The notes below the pieces were generated by a model, which had not been told where the DNA came from, made no database searches, and saw nothing but the letters and a program-made list of their open reading frames with translations. DNA of 64,000 bases, taken from positions 30,008,001-30,072,000 of the forward strand of contig NC_135901.1 in NCBI RefSeq assembly GCF_964194155.1, read 5' to 3'. This document shows, one piece after another, positions 24,222 through 38,460 of this stretch; position 1 is the stretch's first letter, and every line of letters begins with the position of its first letter. Source of the stretch: Cetorhinus maximus (lineage: Eukaryota). The position numbers and the translations under genes are program-made.

Positions 24222-24590
24222 GAATATTGGAAGAGAGGATTTGCAGACAGAAATCTCAAACCAAACATCACATCAAGATCTGATCGAGGAACTCATTTCT
24301 CCGAAATCTGAATATCACCTGCCTTTGAATTCAGGAGGAGAAATGTTTGTCTGTTCTGTCTGCTTCAATAGTTTCACACATCAGTGTGACTGGAAAAGCA
24401 CCGAAGCACACACATCCGAGTGAGAGTGTTCCAGTTCACTGACTGTGGAAAGAGCTTTAACCAGTTGCACCATCTGTTCGTACTACTCACAGTGGGAAGA
24501 GACAGTACACATGTTCAGTGTGGAGGAGGCTTCAACTGATCCTCGAAACTGGAGAGACACAAGCACACTTGGACAATGGAGAAACCATGA
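24222..24590 (+). pseudogene. Truncated ZNF copy (Z5): fossil-finger region ending MEKP*
   Basis: Acceptor ctttacag near 24221; ATG GAG AAA CCA TGA at 24576-24590, fused to antisense Z6. Confidence 0.8.
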
Positions 24591-25090
24591 ACTCGCTGGT
24601 GTGTCTGCAGGTGAGATGACTAAGTGAATCCCTTCCCACACTCAGAGCAGGTGAATGGCCTCTCCCCGGTGTGACTGCGCCAATGAGTTTCCAATGCAGA
24701 TGGGGATCTGAATCCCTTCCCACAGTCCCCACATTTCCACGGTTTCTCCATGGTGCGCGTGTCCTTGTGTCTCTCCAGGTTCTACGATCAGTCGAAGCCT
24801 CGCACTCACACAGAACACGTGTACGGCCTCTCCCCACTGTGAATGGTGATGTTTTTTTCAAGCTCTGAAAATGGTTAAAGCTTTTTCCACAGTCAGTGCA
24901 CTGGAACATTCTCACTCGGGTGTGTGCTTTTGCAGTCACGCTGATGTTTAAAGCCTTTTGAAGCAAACAGAACAGACAAAACTTTTCTCCTTCTAGATTC
25001 AAAGGCTGATCATATTCAGATTCCGATGAGTCAAGTGAGTCTGTCAGATCTTGACGTGATGTTGTCAGCAAATCCTCCCCTTCTAATATC
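24588..25090 (-). pseudogene. Truncated ZNF copy (Z6): fossil region plus two fingers
   Basis: ATG at 24751, [43 protein letters not shown] then breaks off. Confidence 0.85.
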
Positions 25091-25507
25091 CTGCTAAAGG
25101 ATTTTACAAACATTGTTGTCAGTACAGGATAGAAATTCAGAACAGACAATTCTAATTTCTATAGAACATTCTTTCCTCTCTCATTCCCCAAAAGCATTAA
25201 ATCTCCATCCCACACACTCTCGCTCCATTCTCACTCTGTTGCACCTAAGACACAACCAACATTACTGCACCAAAAATGTGTGTAAGACACAGTATTTTAT
25301 TATATGATTAGAGATACATGCTGGCGTGGGGAAGAACTTTATTTCAACAGCCAGTGGTGATGACCTGGAAGCCACTGCCTATGAAGCCGGCCAGTCCAGC
25401 AGAAAGAAACCCTCTGACCCTCCAACTTCACCAAGTGTCAGAATGAACATGGTTCAGCCCTGGATGTGATTAACAGCAGCAAAAACAGCAGAATCCAACC
25501 CCTGGAA

Positions 25508-26006
25508 TCACCTGTGAACACGCTGGTGTCTCAGCAGGCTGGATAAATGAGTGAATCCCTTTCCACACACGGGGCAAGTGAATGCTCTCTCCCCAGTGTG
25601 AACTCGCTCATGTGCCAGCAGGTTGGATAAATCACTGAATCCCTTCCCACACTCAGAGCAGGTGGTATGGCCTCTCCCCGGTGTGAACTCACTGGTGCTT
25701 CCGCAGGTTGGATAACTGAGTGAATCCCTTTCCACACTCAGAGCAGGTGAACGGCTTTGCCCCAGTGTGAACTCGCTGGTGTGTGTAGGGTGGATGAATC
25801 GTTGAATCCCTTCCCACACGCAGAGCAGGCCTCTCTCCAGTGTGAACTCGCTGGTGTGTCTGCAGATGGGATAACTGTGTGAATCCCTTCCTACACTCAG
25901 AGCAGGTGAACGGCCTCTCCCCGGTGTGAATGCGCCGATGAGTTTCCAGCTCAGATGGGACTTTGAATCCCTTCCCACAGTCCCCACACTTCCATGGTTT
26001 CTCCAT
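25508..26006 (-). pseudogene. C2H2 ZNF pseudogene (Z7), about 6 fingers
   Basis: [27 protein letters not shown]; indels in finger 3, stop at 25689, further frameshift; ends HQRVHR*. Confidence 0.85.
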
Positions 26007-27564
26007 GGTTTGGGTATCCTTGTGTCTCTCCAGATTTGACAATCAGTTCAAGCCTTATCCTCAGCGAATGCATGTGAGGTTTCTCTCCACTGTGAAAGGT
26101 GTGATGTTTTTCAGTCTGTAACTGGTTGAAGTTCTTTCCACAGTCAGTGCACTCGAACACTCTCGCTCGGGTGTGTGTGTTTTGGTGCTTTTCCAGTCAC
26201 ACTGATGTTTAAAATCTTTCGAAGGAGGCGGAACAGACAAACATTTCTCCTTCTAGATTCAAAGGCCGATGATATTCAGGTCCTGATGAATCGAGTGATT
26301 CTATCAGGTCCTGACGTCACATTTCATTTGAAAGTTCTGTCTGTAAATCCTCCTCTTCTAATGTCCTGTAAAAGGAGTTTTCAAAAGACATCACTGTGAG
26401 TACAGAATACAAATTCAGAACAGATAATTTTTTGATTGGATTCAATTGTTTGCCCATCTCATCTGTAAATCCTCCCCACCCACCCACACTCACTGCCCTC
26501 CCTCCTTCTGTCCTCATTGATTACTTGATGTTTTAATTATTCCCAATCTCTCCTGATGATCCTGGTAACATAAGAACATAAGAAATAGGAGCAGGAGGAG
26601 GCCATTCAGCCCCTCAAGCCTATTCTGTCATTCAGTAAGACCATGTCTGACGTGCACTGTCCCCAAATCCGTTCATCCTATAATATTCAAAAACCTATCA
26701 TTCTCTCGCTTGAATATACTCAGTGACTGAGGACCCACAACACACAGGGATTTTTATTATCCTTTCATGTAATGTAGGAGTGACTGGCAAGGCCAATAGT
26801 TGTTGCCCCTCCCTAATTGCCCTTGAGAAGTTGGGACTAAGCCACCTTGTGAGCCTATGTAGCCCATCAGGTGCGACATTTCTGTCACGGTTTGGTCCAA
26901 CTGAGTGTCTTGCTCGACCATTTCCGAGGGCAGTTAAGGGTCAGCCACATCACTGTGGGTCCAGATTCACATGTAGGTCAGACCAGGTAAGGGCGGCAGA
27001 TTTCCTTCCCTGAAAGGCATTGGTGAACCTGGATGAAGATGGATAAGAGAATTCCAAAGATTCACAAGGCTCTGAGTGAAGAAATTTCTCCTCATCTCAG
27101 TCTGAAATGATCGGCCCCTTATCCTGAGACTATGCCCCCGTGTTCTAGATTCCCCAGTCAGGGGAAAACAGCCTCTCAGTGTCCACCCTTAACACCCTGG
27201 CATTGGCTGCACGTTGGCTCCACCTTTTCCCGAATGACCGTCCGGGACCGACGTGAGGGGGGCACATTCTTGATGAATACGACCCCAGGCTCCCTCCCAG
27301 CTGGGGGATCAGGGTGAGGAGCAGGAACCCCGGCTTTGCCTCCTGTGGCACTGAGGCCAGGTCTGGTGCCCCTCCCCCCACCCGGGCAGATACCTGGGAC
27401 CCAACATTGATCCCCTTGGGGTCTATAAAAATCAGAAGCATTTTCAAAACAAACGCTGATTCTCCTTTAAATTGATTCACTTCCTTTCCCTTCAGTTCCT
27501 GCAAGTCAACAATTTCCCCCCAGAATGAGAAAAGAAATGGAAAAGGGAAGAAAACAAAGTGTTT

Positions 27565-28035
27565 TACTCACAGATGTTGGACACAGCAGGAAGTTTCAGT
27601 CTGTGTGAAGCTCAATCTTCATCCACACAAAGCCCGCGCTCTGATTGATTGGAGGACCAGAGTCCTTCCGGTCCTTCAATTCTTCCCATTGGTCAATCCC
27701 TCAGCATGAAGGGAAGGAAGTGGCGGGCTCTCCCCCGCACATGCGCAGCTTCCCCTCTCCCGTGTTCTCCGAGTGGCTTCTCGCTCTGGCCGGATCCGTC
27801 AGCCGGTTGCCTGGAAACCTTGGCTCGAGGAGGTGGAGGGGAAGGGGAAGCGATAGGTGGGGGCGGGGGCTCCCGTGTCCGCGCGCCTGGCCTGCAGACT
27901 GAAACCCGAGGACGTCACCGCGGAGCAAACTGATTCCTATTGGCTGATTCAGGCAGGGTTCCGTTGTAGACGTCACAATGCTGAAGTTGGACAATGAGCT
28001 TCAGACTAAAACTTCCTCCTCTGGGCAACATCTGT
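27565..28035. promoter_or_regulatory. Bidirectional promoter P3 (Y arm left, X arm right)
   Basis: CTTCCGG, ATTGG twice, GCACATGCGCA, GGGGCGGGG, two GACGTCAC; flanked by inverted exon1/intron/exon2 modules. Confidence 0.75.
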
Positions 28036-28379
28036 GAGGAAATCAATGTTTCCCCCTTTCAATTTCTTTTCTCATTCTGGGGGCAAATTGTTGACTTGCA
28101 GGAACTGAAGGGAAAGAAAGTGAGTCCAGGGAGGGTGCAGACTCTGGAAAGGTTGGTGCAGACTCTGGAAAGATTGGCCCAGGTCTCTCTCTCTCTTAAA
28201 GGCACTGTGACACTCAAGTGAGAGTGTTTCCAGTGCATTGACTGTGGAAACAGCTTTAACCAGTTACACAGCCTGAAAAAACATCGCTATCCACAGTGAG
28301 GAGAGACCGTGCACATGTTCTGTGTGGATGAGGCTTCATTTGATTGTAGAACCCAAAGAGACACAAGGACATGCGCACC

Positions 28380-29293
28380 ATGGAGAAACCCTGGAAATGT
28401 GGGGAGTACGGGAAGGGATTCAAAGCCCCGTCTGAGCTGAAAACTCATCGGTGCAGTTACACCGGGGAGAGGCCGTTCACCTGCTCCGAGTGTGGGAAGG
28501 GATTCACTCAGTCATCCAACTTGCTGGCACACGAGCAGGTTCATACCGGGCGGAGGGGCCATTCACCTGCTCCATTTGTGGGAAGGGATTCACTCAGTTA
28601 TCAACCCTGCTGCGACACCACCGAGTTCACACCGGGGAAAGGCCGTTCACCTGCTCTGAATGTGGGAAGGGATTTACTAGATCATCCAGTCTGCTGACAC
28701 ACCAGCGAGTTCACTCCAGGGAAAGGCCATTCACCTGCTCCGTGTGTGGGAAGGGATTCCGCGATTCATCCAGCCTCGCGAGACACCAGCGAGTTCATAC
28801 TGGGGTGAAGTCATTCCAATGTTTCCTTTGTGGAAGGGGATTCATTTTTTCATCCAACCTGTGGAGACACCAGTGAATACACGCCAGGGAAAAGCTGTTC
28901 ACCTGCTCTGAGTTTGGGAAGGGATTCACTAATTCACCTGCCCTGCAGAATCACCAGCGAGTTCACACTGGGAAGATGCCATTCACCTGCTCTGAGTGTG
29001 GGAAGGGATTCATTCGGCCATCTCACCTCCAGACACCTCAGCGAGTTCACACCGGGGAGAGGCCGTTCACCTGCTCTGAATGTGGGAAGGGATTCAGTGA
29101 TTCATCCAATCTAATGGCGCATGAGAGAGTTCACACTGGGGAGAGAGCATTCACCTGTTCCTTGTGTGGGAATGGATTCACTGAGTTATCAACCCTGCTG
29201 CAACTCCAGACGGTTCACACCAGAGAGAGACCATTCCCCTGCTCTGTGTGTGGAAAACGATTTATTCGGTCAACCAATCTGCTGACACACTAA
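28380..29293 (+). pseudogene. C2H2 ZNF pseudogene (Z8), about 11 fingers
   Basis: cgcaccATGG [14 protein letters not shown]; split over ORFs 28371-28697, 28451-28876 and 28976-29293; 3' end replaced by a CR1 tail. Confidence 0.85.
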
Positions 29294-29304
29294 TTGGAGA
29301 CCTC

Positions 29305-32300
29305 AGACGTAGGAGCAGAAGTAGGCCATTCAGCCCATCGGGTCTGCTCCACATTTCAATGAGATCATGGCTGATCTGATAATCCTCCACACCACTTTCC
29401 TGCCTTTTCCCCCATAACGCTTGATTCCCTTACTGATTAACTATTTGTCAATCTCACCCTTTAATATACTTAATCACCCAGCCTCTGCAGCCCTCTGCGG
29501 TAGAGAATTCCACAGATTGACTACCCTCTGAGAGAAGAAATTCGTCCTCATCTCTGTCTTAAATGGACGACCCCTTACTCTGGGATTGTGCCCTCTAGTC
29601 CTAGACTCTCCCACAAAGGGAAACAACCTCTCAGCATCTACCCTGTCAAGCCCCTTAAGAATCTTATATGTTTCAATAAGGTCACCTCTCATTCTTCTAA
29701 ACTCCAATGAGTACAGGCCCAACCGACTCAACCTCTCCTCATAAGAAAATCCCTCCATAACCGGAATCAACCTAGTGATTCTCTGGACTGAATCCAATGC
29801 CAGTATATCTTTCCTTAGATAACGGGACCAAAACTGTTCACAGTATTCTAGGTGTGGTCTAACAAGCGTCTTGTATAGTTTTATCAAGACTTCCCTATTT
29901 TTATACTCCATTCCCTTTGAAATAAAGGCCAACATTCCATTTGCCTTCCCTATTACCTGTTGATCTTGTATGTAAGCTTTTTGAGATTCATGCATGAGGA
30001 CCCCCAAATCCCTCTGTGCTGCAGCTTTCTGTTGTCTTTCTACGTTTAAATAATATTCAACTCCTCTATTCTTCCTGCCAAAGTGTATAACCTCACATTT
30101 TCCCACATTATATTCCATCTGCCAAGTTTTTGCCCACTCACCTAACCTGTCTATATCCCTCTGTAGACTCTTTGTGTCATCCTCACTAATTGCCTTCCCA
30201 CCTATTTTTGTGTCATCCGCAAACTTGGCGATAGTACATTCACTTCCCTCATCCAACTCATTAATATATGTTGTAAATAATTGTGGCACCAATCCCTTTG
30301 GCGCTGCATTAGTTAGAAGTTGCCATCCTGAAAATGCCCCCCTTATCCCAACTCTCTGTCTTCTATTAGTTACCCCATCCTCTATCCATGCCAACACCAT
30401 GGGCTCTTATCTTATTAATTAGCCTTATGTGCAGTACCTTATCAAATACCTTTTGGAAATCCAAATATATTACATCTACTGGCTCCCCTTTATCTATCCT
30501 GCTTGTTAGCTCTTCAAAGAATTCAAATAAATTTGTCAGGCATGATTTCCCCTTCATGAAGCCATGCTGACTCTGCTTGATTATATAATGTATTTCTAAA
30601 TGCTCTGCTATTACATCCTTTATAATAGACTCTAATATTTTCCCCAATGACAGATGTTAAGCAAATAGTTACCTTTTTTTTGTCTCCCTCCCATTTTGAA
30701 TAAGGGTGTTACACTGGCAATTTTCTAATCCTTTGGGACTTTTCCAGAATCTGAGAATTCTTGGAAGATCACTACCACTGCATCCACTATCTCTGTAGCG
30801 ACTTCCTTTAATATCCTAGGATGCAACCCATCAGGTCCAGGGGACTTATCGGCCTTTAGCCCCATTAGTTCCCCTAGTACTTTTCCTCTGGTGATAGTTT
30901 TTGTATTTATTTCCTCCCCCAACACCACTCCCCCCGCACACCCCCCACCAGCTTTGCCCCTTGATGATTTAGTATTTTTGGAATGCTGTTAGTGTCTTCT
31001 ACCATGAGGACTGAGGGAAAGTATGTATTCAACTCCTCTGCCATTTCCTGGTGCCCCATTATTATCTCCCAAGCCTCATTCTCTCAGGGGCCTCTGTTCA
31101 CTTTTCCCTCTCTCTTCCTTTTTATATACTTAAAGAAGCTCTTACTGTCTGTCTTTATGTTACTTGCTAGCTTACCCACAACGTTTATTTTCTCCCTTTT
31201 TTTTGGGTAATCTTTTGTTGGTTTTTAAAACTTTCCCAATCTTCTGGCTTACCACTAATCTTTGCCACATTGTACGTTTTTTCTTTCAATTTGATACTAT
31301 CCTGAATTGCCTTGGTTAACCATGGTTGGTTTATCCCCTTCCTAGAATTCTTCTTCCTCACTGGGATGTATCTTTGTTATGAGTCATGAACTATTTTCTT
31401 AAACGCCTGCCATTGTTCATCAACCATCTTTTCTGCTAACCTCCTTCCCCAGTCCACTTCAGTCAACTCTGCCCTCATTCCCTTGTAATTCCCTTATTTA
31501 AGTTTAACACAGTTGTTTCCGATCCAAGTTTCTCACTCTCAAACTGAATGCTAAATTCTACCATGTTACCGTCATTGTTTCCGAGGGGTTCTTTTACTCT
31601 GAGATCATTTATTAAACCTGCCTCATTACCCATTACCACATCCAAAATAGCCTGATCCCGAGTTGGATTCACAACATATTGTTCTAGGAAACTGTCCTGA
31701 AGGAATTCTTGCTCATGGCTACCTCGGCCAATTTGATTTTCCCAATCTACATGAAGATTAAAGTCACCCATGATTAATGTACTGCCTTTTTTACATGCCT
31801 TCATTATCTCCTGATTTATTCTCTGCCCTACAGTATAGCTACTGTTAGGGGGACTATAGACCACTCCCACCAGTGTCTTCTTCCCCTTGCTATTTCTTAC
31901 TTCCACCCATATGGATTCTACATCTTCCAATCCAAGATCATTTCTTGCTCTTGCACTTCTTCACTCTTGTACAAAGCTACCCCACCACCCTTTCCTTCCT
32001 GCCTGTCCTTTCGAAAAGTAACATACCCCTGAATATTTACTTCCCAGCTTTGATCTCCTTGTAACCACAATGGTTATAAGATCAGATCCATTAACCTCTA
32101 TTTGTACTGTTAATTCATTTATCTTGTTCTGAACACTACGTGCACTTAAGTAAAGAGCCATTAATTTTGCCTTTTTACCATTTTTTTCCCACTTTGACCA
32201 TATTTGCTGCTGTTTTTTATGTTTGTACACTCTGTCCCTTCCTGTCACACTCTGGGAATCATTACCTAAATAGCTGTCCTGCAATGCTGCCATATCCTTT

Positions 32301-32320
32301 AGCTTTGTAAGCCTACGTGT
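29305..32320 (-). mobile_element. CR1 LINE ORF2, degenerate
   Basis: LYLSARSVQNK, IMGDFNLH, KSPGPDGLHPRILKE, DFQKVFDKV, FADDTK, NFFSQRVVNLWNSLP. Confidence 0.95.
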
Positions 32321-32354
32321 TCCCTCTCCAGAACCCTCCTCACCTCTATTTGCT

Positions 32355-33500
32355 GGGTGGGGGAGGAGTAGGCTGGATGACCTTTGAACTGGTGCATCGC
32401 GCGTCAGTGGGTGTCCAGCTCGCGGCCGATGTCATCCAGCAGCTTCAAACAGTGGTGTTCAGCCCTGACGGCACACGTGGCTTAGAGGACACTCAGGTGC
32501 TCGGTGGTTCCATTCTGAGCATACTCCTGCTCGGACGGAATTCCACATTGACCCCAAGCCCCGAACCCTCCCTCGGGAGCCTGGGCCCCACAGCCTGAGC
32601 TGCCTCATGGAAATGCGCTCCGTGCCTTTTAGCTCGGCATGGAGGGATTTCCTGTCTGGGCTGCTGCTGCACACCCTTCATCTCCTTGTCTTCGCCCGCC
32701 AGCCAGACATGCCTTGGTGTGCTCTCTTACCATTTGGGGGCAGAGGTCCCCAGTTGGGGGCGGGCTCTCTAAGTGGGGTCCTTCCCCTTTCCATCGGGGA
32801 CCTGGGGTGGAGGGTGTTGCACGCAGCAGTCCCAGACAACGGTAGGTTAAGGTGGTTCACAGACTCCCAATATGCCTGCGTTTTTTACAGCCTGGTGGAG
32901 TCCGTGGACTACGTCTGTGTTAGTAGTAGTAGATTATTACAGCCCCTTTTCAGTTTTCTTACGGGGCTTTTTCTTAACTTTTCGTTGCACTTCAGCCCCA
33001 CGCTCCTGATCTTTGGACACCTGGTGCGGAGTTGAGGCGGGTGAGGAGGGAGGAGGACCTCCTTGTAAGCCTGCTCCTGGGCCTGGTCAAGTTGGCCATT
33101 AACGGGTTCCAGCAGCGGGTGGTCAAGGGGGTCGTCCATCCCAACTGTCTGCCCATCTTCCCCGGCTATGTTCATAGCCGGGTGTCCCTGGAGAGGGAGC
33201 GCGTGGTGTCCGCTACCACGCTGGAGGCCTTCCGTGACCGGTGGGCAACGCGGGGGCTGGGATGCATCATTACTGCCCCCCAGAACCACATTTTGATTTG
33301 AATTAGATAAGTTTCCTTTGAGATTTTGATTTTAGTTACAGTGTCCCTTTAAGGGACCACCCCCTTTAATTTGCTAATTTGGCCTTTTTGTTGATCTGCC
33401 ATTTGGTTCTCGTTTTATTTGTTATCATGGGGAAACAATTTCGTTAATTTGTTCATTTACTCTTTGTGCTAATTAGTTGTTTTTTTCCTCAAAGAGAAAA
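32355..33500 (+). mobile_element. Tx1/L1-clade LINE 3' fragment (ORF2 C-terminus and T-rich 3' UTR)
   Basis: GDLGWRVLHAAV..ACVF..ESVDYV..RLLQPLF (degenerate zf-RVT) and LLLGLVKLAI..RVSLE..FRDRW. Confidence 0.75.
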
Positions 33501-33629
33501 AGAGACACTTAACTGACATGGAGTGGAGTGGAGTCAGGAGGTATATACCTGTAATGTTTCATTCTGTGAATAAATTTAAACCAAGTATTAGTTGGCTCCA
33601 ATTTCGTCCTTCACCATAAGGCTGTCAGG

Positions 33630-36440
33630 AACATAGGAACAGAAATAGGCCATTTAGCTTAACGAGCCTGCTCTGCCATTCAATTAGGTTATTGCTGATC
33701 ATCTACCTCTAGTCGCTTTCCTGCACTATTTCCATATCCCTTGATGTCTAGAAATCTATGGATTTCTCTTTTGAACATGTCCAATGATTAAGCTTCCACA
33801 GACCTCTGGGTGGAGAATGCCAAAGGTTCACCACTCTCTGAGTGAAGAAATTATTCCCTATCTCAGTCTTAAATGGCCTACCCCTTATCCTGAGATTATG
33901 TCCCCTGGTTCTAGACTCACCAGGCAGGGGGAACATCCTATCAACATCCACCCTGTCATGCCCTGTAAGAATTTTGTAGGTTTCAATTAGATCACCTCTC
34001 ATTCTTCAAAACTGTATAGAAAACAGGCCCAGTTTCCTCAATCTCTCCTCATAAGACAATGCCACCATCCCAGGGATTAATCTAGTGAATCTCAGTTGCA
34101 GTCCCTCGATGGCAAGTATATCCTTCCTTAGATAAAGAGACCAAAACTGTACACAATACTCCAGGCGAGGTCTCACCAAGGCTCTATACAACTGCAGCAA
34201 GACATCTTTATTCCTGTACTCAAATCCCCTTACAATGAGGAGAGGTGAGAGTGACCACCCTTGATATCAAGGATGCATTGACTGAGCCTGGGATCAAGGA
34301 GCCCTGGTAAAACAACTCAATGGGAATCAGGGGGACAGGTTGGAGTCATACCTAGCAGAAAGGAAGATGGTTGTGGTTGTTGGAGGTCAGTCATCTCAGC
34401 CCTGGGACATCACTTCAGGAGCTCTTCAGGGTAGTGTCCTAAGCCCATCTTCAGCTGCTTCATCAATTACCTTTCTTCCATCATAAGGTCAGAAGTGGGG
34501 ATGTTCGTTGATGATTGCACAATGTTCAGCACCATCCACAACTCCTCAGATAATGAAGCAGTCCATGTCCAAATGCAGGAAGACCTGGACAATATCCAGG
34601 CTTGGGCTGACAAATGGAAAGTAACATTCGCGCCACACAAGTGCCAGGCAATGACCATCTCCGACAAAAGAGAATCTAACCATCTGCCCATGACATTCAG
34701 TGGCATTACCCACTATCAACATCTTGGGGGTCACCATTGACCAGAAACTGAACTGGACCAGCCATATAAATACTGTGACGACAAGAGCAGGTCAGAGACT
34801 AGGAATCCTGCAACAAGTAACTCACCTCCTGACTCCCCAAAGCCTGCTCAACATTTACAAGGCATAAGTCAGGAGTGTGATGAAATACTCTCCACTTGAC
34901 TGGATGAGTGCAGCTCCCAAAACATTCAAGAAGTTCGACACCATCCAGGACAAAGCAGCCCCCTTGATTGGCACCCCTTCAACAAACATTCACTCCCTGT
35001 GCAATCACCGACGTACAGTAGCAGCAGTGTGCACCATCTACAAGATGCACTGCAGGAACTCACCGAGGCTCCTTCGACAGCACCTTCCAAACCCACGACT
35101 GCTACCATCTAGAAGGACAAGGGCAGCAGATAGATGGGAACACCACCACCTGGAAATTCCCCTCCAAGCCACACACCATCCTGACTTGGAAATATATCAC
35201 CGTTCCTTCACTGTCGCTGGGTCAAAATCCTGGAACACCCTCCCTAACAGCATTGTGGGTGTACCTACACCACACAGACTGCAGTGGTTCAAGAAGGCAG
35301 CTCACCACCACTTCTCAAGGGCAATTAGGGATGGGCAATAAATGCTGACCTAGCCAGCGACGCCCACATCCTGTAAATGAATAAAAAGAAATGAAGGCCA
35401 ACATACCATTTGCCTTCCTTATTGATTGTTGCACCTGCATGCTAGCCTTTAGAGACTCATGAACAAGGAGACCCAGCTCCCTTTGGACATCGACACTTCC
35501 CAACCTCTCACCATTTCAGAAACATTCTGTCTTTCTGTTTTTTCTACCAAGTTGGATAACTTCACACTTATTCACATTATTTTCCATCTGACATGTTCTT
35601 GCCCATTCACTTAGCCGGTCCAACTCCTCTTGAAGCCTCGTTGCATCCTCTTCACAACTCACATTCCTGCCTAGTTTAATGTCATCAGCAGATTTAGAAA
35701 TATTACAATTGGTCTCCACATCTAAATCATTCACACAGATTGTGAACAGCAGTGGACCCAGCACTGATCCTTGCCATGCCCCACTAGTAACAGCCTGCCA
35801 CCCTGAGAATGATCCATTTATTGCTCCTCTCTGCTTTCTGTTTGTTAACCAATTCTCAATCCACACTAGTATATTTCCCCCAATCCCATGTGCTCTAACT
35901 GTTTTTACTAACCTCCTGTGTGGGACCTTATCAAAAGCCTTCTGAAAATCCAAATATGCCACATCCACTGGTTCTCCTTTATCTGTGCTACCAGGAACAT
36001 CCTCAAAAGGCTCCCAACAATTTTGTCAAACATAATTTCCCGTTCATAAATCCATGTTGACTCTGCCCAATTTGATCATTACCACAGAAGTGTCCAGTTA
36101 TCACCTCCTTCAGAATAGATTAAAACATTTTCTCTACGACTGACGTCAAACTAACAGGTCTGTAGTTCTCCATCCTCCTTTTCCCTCTTTTCTGAAATAG
36201 TGGGATTACATTTGCTACTTTCCTGTCCACAGGAACCTTTCCAGGATCTGTAGAATTCTAAAAGATAACCACCAGTGCACCCTCTATCTCTCTCGCCACC
36301 TCGTTCAGCAATCTGGGATGTAGCTCATCTGGTCCAGGGAATTTGTCAATCTTCAATCCAGTTCACTTTTCAAATACTGCCTCTTTACTAATATTAATTT
36401 CTTTCAGTTTCACAAGTCCTTTGGTTGCCCAGTATTTCGA
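33630..36440 (-). mobile_element. CR1 LINE fragment interrupted by another LINE at 34240-35390
   Basis: MRGDLIETYKIL, LVRPRLEYCVQFWS, DFQKAFDKVPHRRL, SADDIKLG. Confidence 0.9.
34240..35390 (+). mobile_element. 5'-truncated non-LTR retroelement of a distinct CR1/jockey-group family
   Basis: QGSVLSP, MFVDDCTMF, DLDNIQAWADKWKVTFAPHKC; ends TGAATAAAAAG. Confidence 0.8.
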
Positions 36441-36879
36441 GGTGTTTTGGTCTGTGTCAGTGTTTGTTCCCCACATGAGCTTCCTCCAATTCTGCTTCAG
36501 AACCTTCTGTTCCTTTCTCCCTCGTGTGCTGATCTCGTTTACCCGCTGGGAGACCCCCACGTTTACCTGGTCCTGGGCTCTAGGCTTTGGGAATCTGGGC
36601 ACTGCCTGTAGTCCCAGCAGTGGCCACAGGTCCCAGTAGCAGGACTTCCTCCTGAGTGAGGGGTGGGGGTGGGGGGAAGTCCCACCTTCAGCTGATGAAC
36701 ACTCCACTGAGTGAAATGCCTCTGGGGCTGCCGACATCGGCTGGAATGTGATCCCCATTGACTTTTCCAAAGGGGTGGTGGGGCCACCTGAGAAATCCTG
36801 CCCAAGACATTTCCCCTGAATTCCCAAATGAATTTATCAGTGACTATCTTACATTTATGGCCTCCAGTGATGATCTCCC

Positions 36880-37700
36880 CCCACAGGTGTAAATCTATCG
36901 ACACCAACCCTATCAAACCCCTTAATAATCTTAAAGTCCTCAGTCAGATCAGCCCTCAGTCATCTCCTTTGTAGAGAAAAAAGCTCCAGCCTGTCCAGCC
37001 TTGCCTGAAAGTTAAACACTCTCAGTTCTGGGATCATCCTTGTGAATTTTTCGTCGACCTTCTCCAGGTCCTCTCTAACCTTTTTATAATTACGGAGACC
37101 CAGAACTGTCCACATTATTGCAACCGTGGTCTAACCAAGGCTCGATACAAGTTTAACCTGACGTCTCTGCTTTTCAATACTATTTCTCTAGAAATGAACT
37201 CCATATATGGGCCTCACAATTCAGGAAGGATGTCAAGGCCTTAGAAAAGGTGCAGGGATTTAGTACGGGGACAGGAATGAGTGAACACACTGGAGAGGCT
37301 GGGGTTGTTCTCCTTAGAGTAATGAAGGAGAGGAGATTTGACAGAGGTGTTCAAGGTCATCAATGGTTTACATCGAGGCAATAAAGAGAAACTGTTTCCA
37401 CTGACAAAAGAGTTGTTAACCAGAGGTCACAGATTGAAGGTGATTGACATGAAAGCCAGAGGGGAAAAGAGGAAGATAAATCTTTACACAGTGAGGTGTT
37501 GTGATCCGGAATGCATTGCCTGAAAGGCTGGTGGAAGCAGATTCAACAAAGGGAATTGGATAATTCCTGGATGGGTATTAGTTTGCAGGGTTCATGGGGA
37601 AAGGGCAGGATAGTGGGAATAATTGAGTCACTCTTTCAAAGAGCCAGCACAGGCACGATGGGCCAAATGGCCTCTGTCCATGCTGTGAGATTCTGTGATC
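36880..37700. mobile_element. Old inverted CR1 composite, reverse copy of the 19630-20200 type
   Basis: Junction CTAGAAATGAACTCCATATATGGGCCTCAC matches the reverse complement of ~19885-19925. Confidence 0.6.
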
Positions 37701-37749
37701 ACAGATAAATAAATGTGTGTCTGCAATATTTACAGTGATGTCAATAAAG

Positions 37750-38460
37750 TCTAGAACATTGTGGCCCTGCCATCTCTTTGAAAGGACTCTCTGATTCATC
37801 CAACTGCTCTGCTCTTTCCCCACAGCCCTGCAAATTCTTCCCTTTCAAGTATTTACCCTTTGGAAAGATACTATTGAATCTGCTTTCAGGCCGATCAGAA
37901 CAACTCGCTGTGTCAAAAAATAAAATCTCATCTCCCCCTCTGGCTCCTTTGCCAATTACCTTAGAGGGACTCACTTTCTGTTAAAGAGCCTGCCAACCCC
38001 ACTCACCCACTTTCCCTAAAGTGCACAAATCTAATCATGAAACATTCAGAAAAAATCAAGTATTTTTACTGATAGACATTTATTAATGAAACAGAACATG
38101 GTTAAATAAAACCAGAAAATGACTTGAGGATCAAAGACGACCAGAGTAAAAGGATGTGCACAATGTTCTGGACCCAAATGCTTTCTCTTCAGCTTCTCTG
38201 TACCCTGTTCCCATGACTCCCCGCTTTGGACACAGGGGAACTGAACCCTGGGGGTCGGGTCACCATCAGCCCCGGTCACCCCTCCCGTGCCCTGATTGGT
38301 TGGAGGCCCATTTCCCAGTCAGTCCTCCAGCACCTTTCTGTCTCTCTATCAGTGCGACGCCCATGGCAGTTTCCCAATTGGGCCGCAGGCCCCGTTATTC
38401 TCAGCTAAATTCAGCCCTCAGTTCCATCGCCTGGCTGTCATTGACAGAAAGGTGCTGGAG
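37750..38460 (-). repeat. Locally duplicated segment of unknown origin
   Basis: Reverse-complement homologue of ~57960-58515 and ~11765-12200. Confidence 0.8.
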
